DNA of 64,000 nucleotides from Squalus acanthias (lineage: Eukaryota), in assembly GCA_030390025.1 (NCBI GenBank), contig JASTWF010000360.1:124001-188000 (forward strand). Direction: 5' to 3'. The notes under the pieces are model-generated. The model was not told the DNA's origin and did not search any database. It saw nothing but the letters and a program-made list of their open reading frames with translations. A program made the translations under genes and the position numbers. The stretch's first letter is position 1; each line of letters starts with the position of its first letter. Of the stretch, positions 61,142 to 64,000 are shown piece after piece.

Positions 61142-61835
61142 CACGGACAGAGGACACTATGAATTTCTAGTGACAAATCCTAAATGGCCAAAAGTGATGT
61201 TTTATCACCTAAAAGGATTTCTCACTAGATACTGAATTGGTGTTAGTCTGTTTCTTCCGACAGCAGCACGGCGATGATCTGTTTTAGAATTGAGTTGAAT
61301 CTTGTAACTTTTGCTTCTTTTCTTTTAACGTTAAAAGGAGAAGAATTCTGACGGCTCAAGTCTCAAAACTAATCGGGCAAAGAAGGCAAGAAAGAGAGTC
61401 GGCAGGGTTGCGTCCCGGACTAAAGGTACCAGGTTGTGAAAAAGCGCTAAAAGGTTAAAACTGCAGTATCAAGGGTGGGTCCCTTGAGCCGGAGAAAAGA
61501 GTCTCGCGGCAGAAAGGTTTAGAGAGAAGCCTTCACTTAGAATATAAGTTACGTATAAAGCATAAGTTAAATGTTAAGGACTCAGTTTGTAGGGGCGTTC
61601 AACGCAGGCTGAGAATTGACTATTTGTTTAGTTTAAAGTATAAGATTAATGTCTGATTACTTGATTTGTTTGCCTGTTTGGGCTTTTGCGTTACTTATCA
61701 TTATCTTTATTGTTGTTAATTCTTGTTATTGTTTGTCACTTGTGGAGCTCCGAAGGGTTAATAATAATCGTAAAGGGGTAAAGGGTGAAATTTGCAATCC
61801 GCAAGAGTGCCTAGTATAATTAAAACTTTACTAAG

Positions 61836-63489
61836 ATGGGAGCTTCACAAAGTAAAATCCCAGAAAAAGGAACTCCAGCCTTTTACATCTTCCAGAATGT
61901 CCACAAGGGATTTGCCTCATTGGTCTAAATGGACCAAGAATGGCAGACACCCGTTCCCCATTGACGGAACCTTTAATGTGGATAGGATTACATGTCTGGA
62001 GGACTGTCTCACAAATAGACACCCACAAAGAAAAGGTAAAAAATCAGTAAATTGGTCAGCCTTTTCAAACTGGAAAAAGGAAGCAGAAAGGCGTAAGGAC
62101 CGTAGTATACAAGCCAGTAGATCTGACATTAAAAATAAGAGAAAAGACCCAGAGAATAAATTGGCAAAACCAGATGAAGTCAGACAAATGGCTTTAAGAC
62201 AAACCCTGAAGCCTACCGCTCCTACCTCCGTTTACCCCCCTTTACCCACGCCTCACTCAAGTGATGGCGAGGATCAGGGATGGTACGGAAGACCAACTCC
62301 ACCTCCCGCATATGCAGAGCAACAACAGGTTGCAGCGCTTAGTGAAGTACCCGAAACCCAAAATGGAAATCGGGGATCCTTACCAGAACACGTCAGTCAT
62401 CATACCAGATCCCATGCTGCACGTCAGCCAGATCAGGTACAGGGCCAAGAAGATGTCACTATCAATCCGCTCAGACGTTTCCCCAACGTTCACGTGCCAG
62501 ACGGAGCTCCAGTTGTTGTCCATCGCCCATGGACAGCGTCCGAGCTACGGACAATAATCCACGAACTACCAGACCCCGTAGAGGATTTAGAAAAAGCGAT
62601 TGGTGAGCTGAAAAGCGTCATTATTTGCCACCAGCCCACTATTGTGGACGTTGACCAGCTACTCAGAGCTTGGTTAAAGGATTCCAAATACCGCCTTTTA
62701 ACAGAAGGCGAAGATAAATTCAGATTAATTGAAAATCATAGAACAAACCAGAACTGGAATCCAGAAACACTACCAAACGAACCGTTCTGGACTGAATTGT
62801 ATAGAGTAATGCATGTTAAATTCCCAAAAAGAACTAATTGGACAAAAATAATTGAGACAACTCAGAAAAAGGACGAAGATGTTGAGGATTATATAGAAAG
62901 GATAGAAGCAATTATGGGACAACATTCTGGAATGACCAAAGAAAATTATCAGGTTCCTTTAGTCAATGCCCTTGTAAATGGTCTCAGAGCAGAACTTAAG
63001 GAACCATTGACTCTGGTCTGCCTAGATTGGAGGCATAAATCAACTCCTGAACTAACACAAATGTTGAAAGAAATTCAGGAGAGAAATAGAGATCAAAAGA
63101 ACAAGGTTTCCCTCTTAATGGAGCAAGCAGCTTCTGCAGCCCCGACTGACCAGACTACTATTTATTATCAAGGTCATTACAGAGGACGAGGCAGAGGGTA
63201 TAACAAAGGTAGATTTAGAGGAAGAAATAGGGGTGGGACTGGCAGAGGCCAGTGGAATGGAGGAGGTACAAACTCTCCATGTTATAATTGTGGTCAGATT
63301 GGACACTGGAAGGCTCACTGCCCGTTCCCCAACCAGCAAAATCAAAGCTGGGGAGGTGCAGAAAACAATGTAAATACCCAAGCCCAAGTTCACACTCGTC
63401 CGCAGGCAGGTTTTACAACAGGGAACCCTTGGGGAAATCAATATATGGAGGGACAATTCGGACCCCCAGAACAAAATTATTCAGCATGA
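61836..63489 (+). pseudogene. gag: gag of second ERV with an apparent frameshift near 61895-61910
   Basis: ATG 61836 gives myristoylation-type MGASQSK... but stops at 61928. The long frame carries matrix-like WSKWT...FPIDGTF, PTAP/YPPL/PPAY, capsid-like HRPWT and QKKDEDVEDYIERI, and CYNCGQIGHWKAHC. Confidence 0.8.
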
Positions 63490-64000
63490 CGCAGTGAAAC
63501 AGCCCCGAACGTTACCCACATTTTACAATTACCTTCTGTATCATCAAATTCTAGAGATGAGCCATATTTATCCATAGAAATGCAGGGCAAGAGAGTTCCT
63601 TTTCTTATTGACACAAGCTCGCTATTAACAAAGCAATACGCTAAGGGAACTCCGTGTACAGAGAAGAGCGCTACATGTGTAGGACTTTCCGGCGTTTCAC
63701 AGACTATGACGTGGTCACAGCCATTAGAAATACAAGCAGAAAATTTTTCTGGCCAGCATGCTTTTCTTCTGTCAGACGATGCCCCTATGAATCTTTTAGG
63801 GAGAGATTTGTTGTGCAAAATGCAAGCTACAATAATTTGTTCAGAAAAAGGACTACAGGTGTACATCCCTACTGATAGATGCACTATGTATCCTTTGCAG
63901 AAATGCGCCCCTCCAGTTACCGCACGGGAAACAGAGCAACTACTCGATCAAATTCCACCACAAGTATGGTCTAGCCATTCAAACGAGGTTGGAAAAATGT
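63490..64000 (+). CDS. pol: pro/pol N-terminus of second ERV (partial; readthrough of gag TGA; protease motif damaged)
   Basis: My translation in the gag frame after the TGA is open to the window end: ...EPYLSIEMQGKRVPFLIDTSSLL...GLSG...HAFLLSDDAPMNLLGRDLLCKM...IPPQVWSSHSNEVGKM. Not in the ORF track because it has no stop within the window. Confidence 0.82.

Larger units (their letters stand above)
60527..64000 (+). mobile_element. Endogenous retrovirus, epsilon/gamma-like (class I), 5' part only; continues beyond the window
   Basis: LTR + tRNA-Gln PBS + ~700-bp leader + gag + in-frame pro/pol after a single stop; protease C-terminal motif PMNLLGRDLLCKM. Confidence 0.9.

Overview
Eukaryotic (vertebrate-type, possibly cartilaginous fish; host is my inference) heterochromatin-like DNA with no host genes. 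Two abutting satellite arrays make up most of the window: a 41-bp monomer (1-42980) and a 40-bp monomer (42980-60526), both with kb-scale higher-order duplications. Three retroelements are inserted in them. (1) A 5'-truncated Penelope-like element (RT + GIY-YIG, 6789-9492, +) with a 14-bp TSD and a 3' minimal hammerhead ribozyme motif. (2) A complete, apparently very young 12.6-kb LTR provirus (16052-28629, -) with 1595-bp LTRs that look identical and a 4-bp TSD. It has gag, an in-frame pol behind a UGA-CUAG readthrough signal, a degenerate RNase H tether followed by an intact retroviral RNase H, and an env of F-fusion-protein type carrying an N-terminal immunoglobulin-like domain. This is a lokiretrovirus-like architecture and the most interesting object here. 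(3) The 5' part of an epsilon/gamma-like ERV (60527 to window end, +) with a tRNA-Gln PBS, a frameshifted gag and a damaged protease motif. All calls were made by eye from motifs; no database searches were run.
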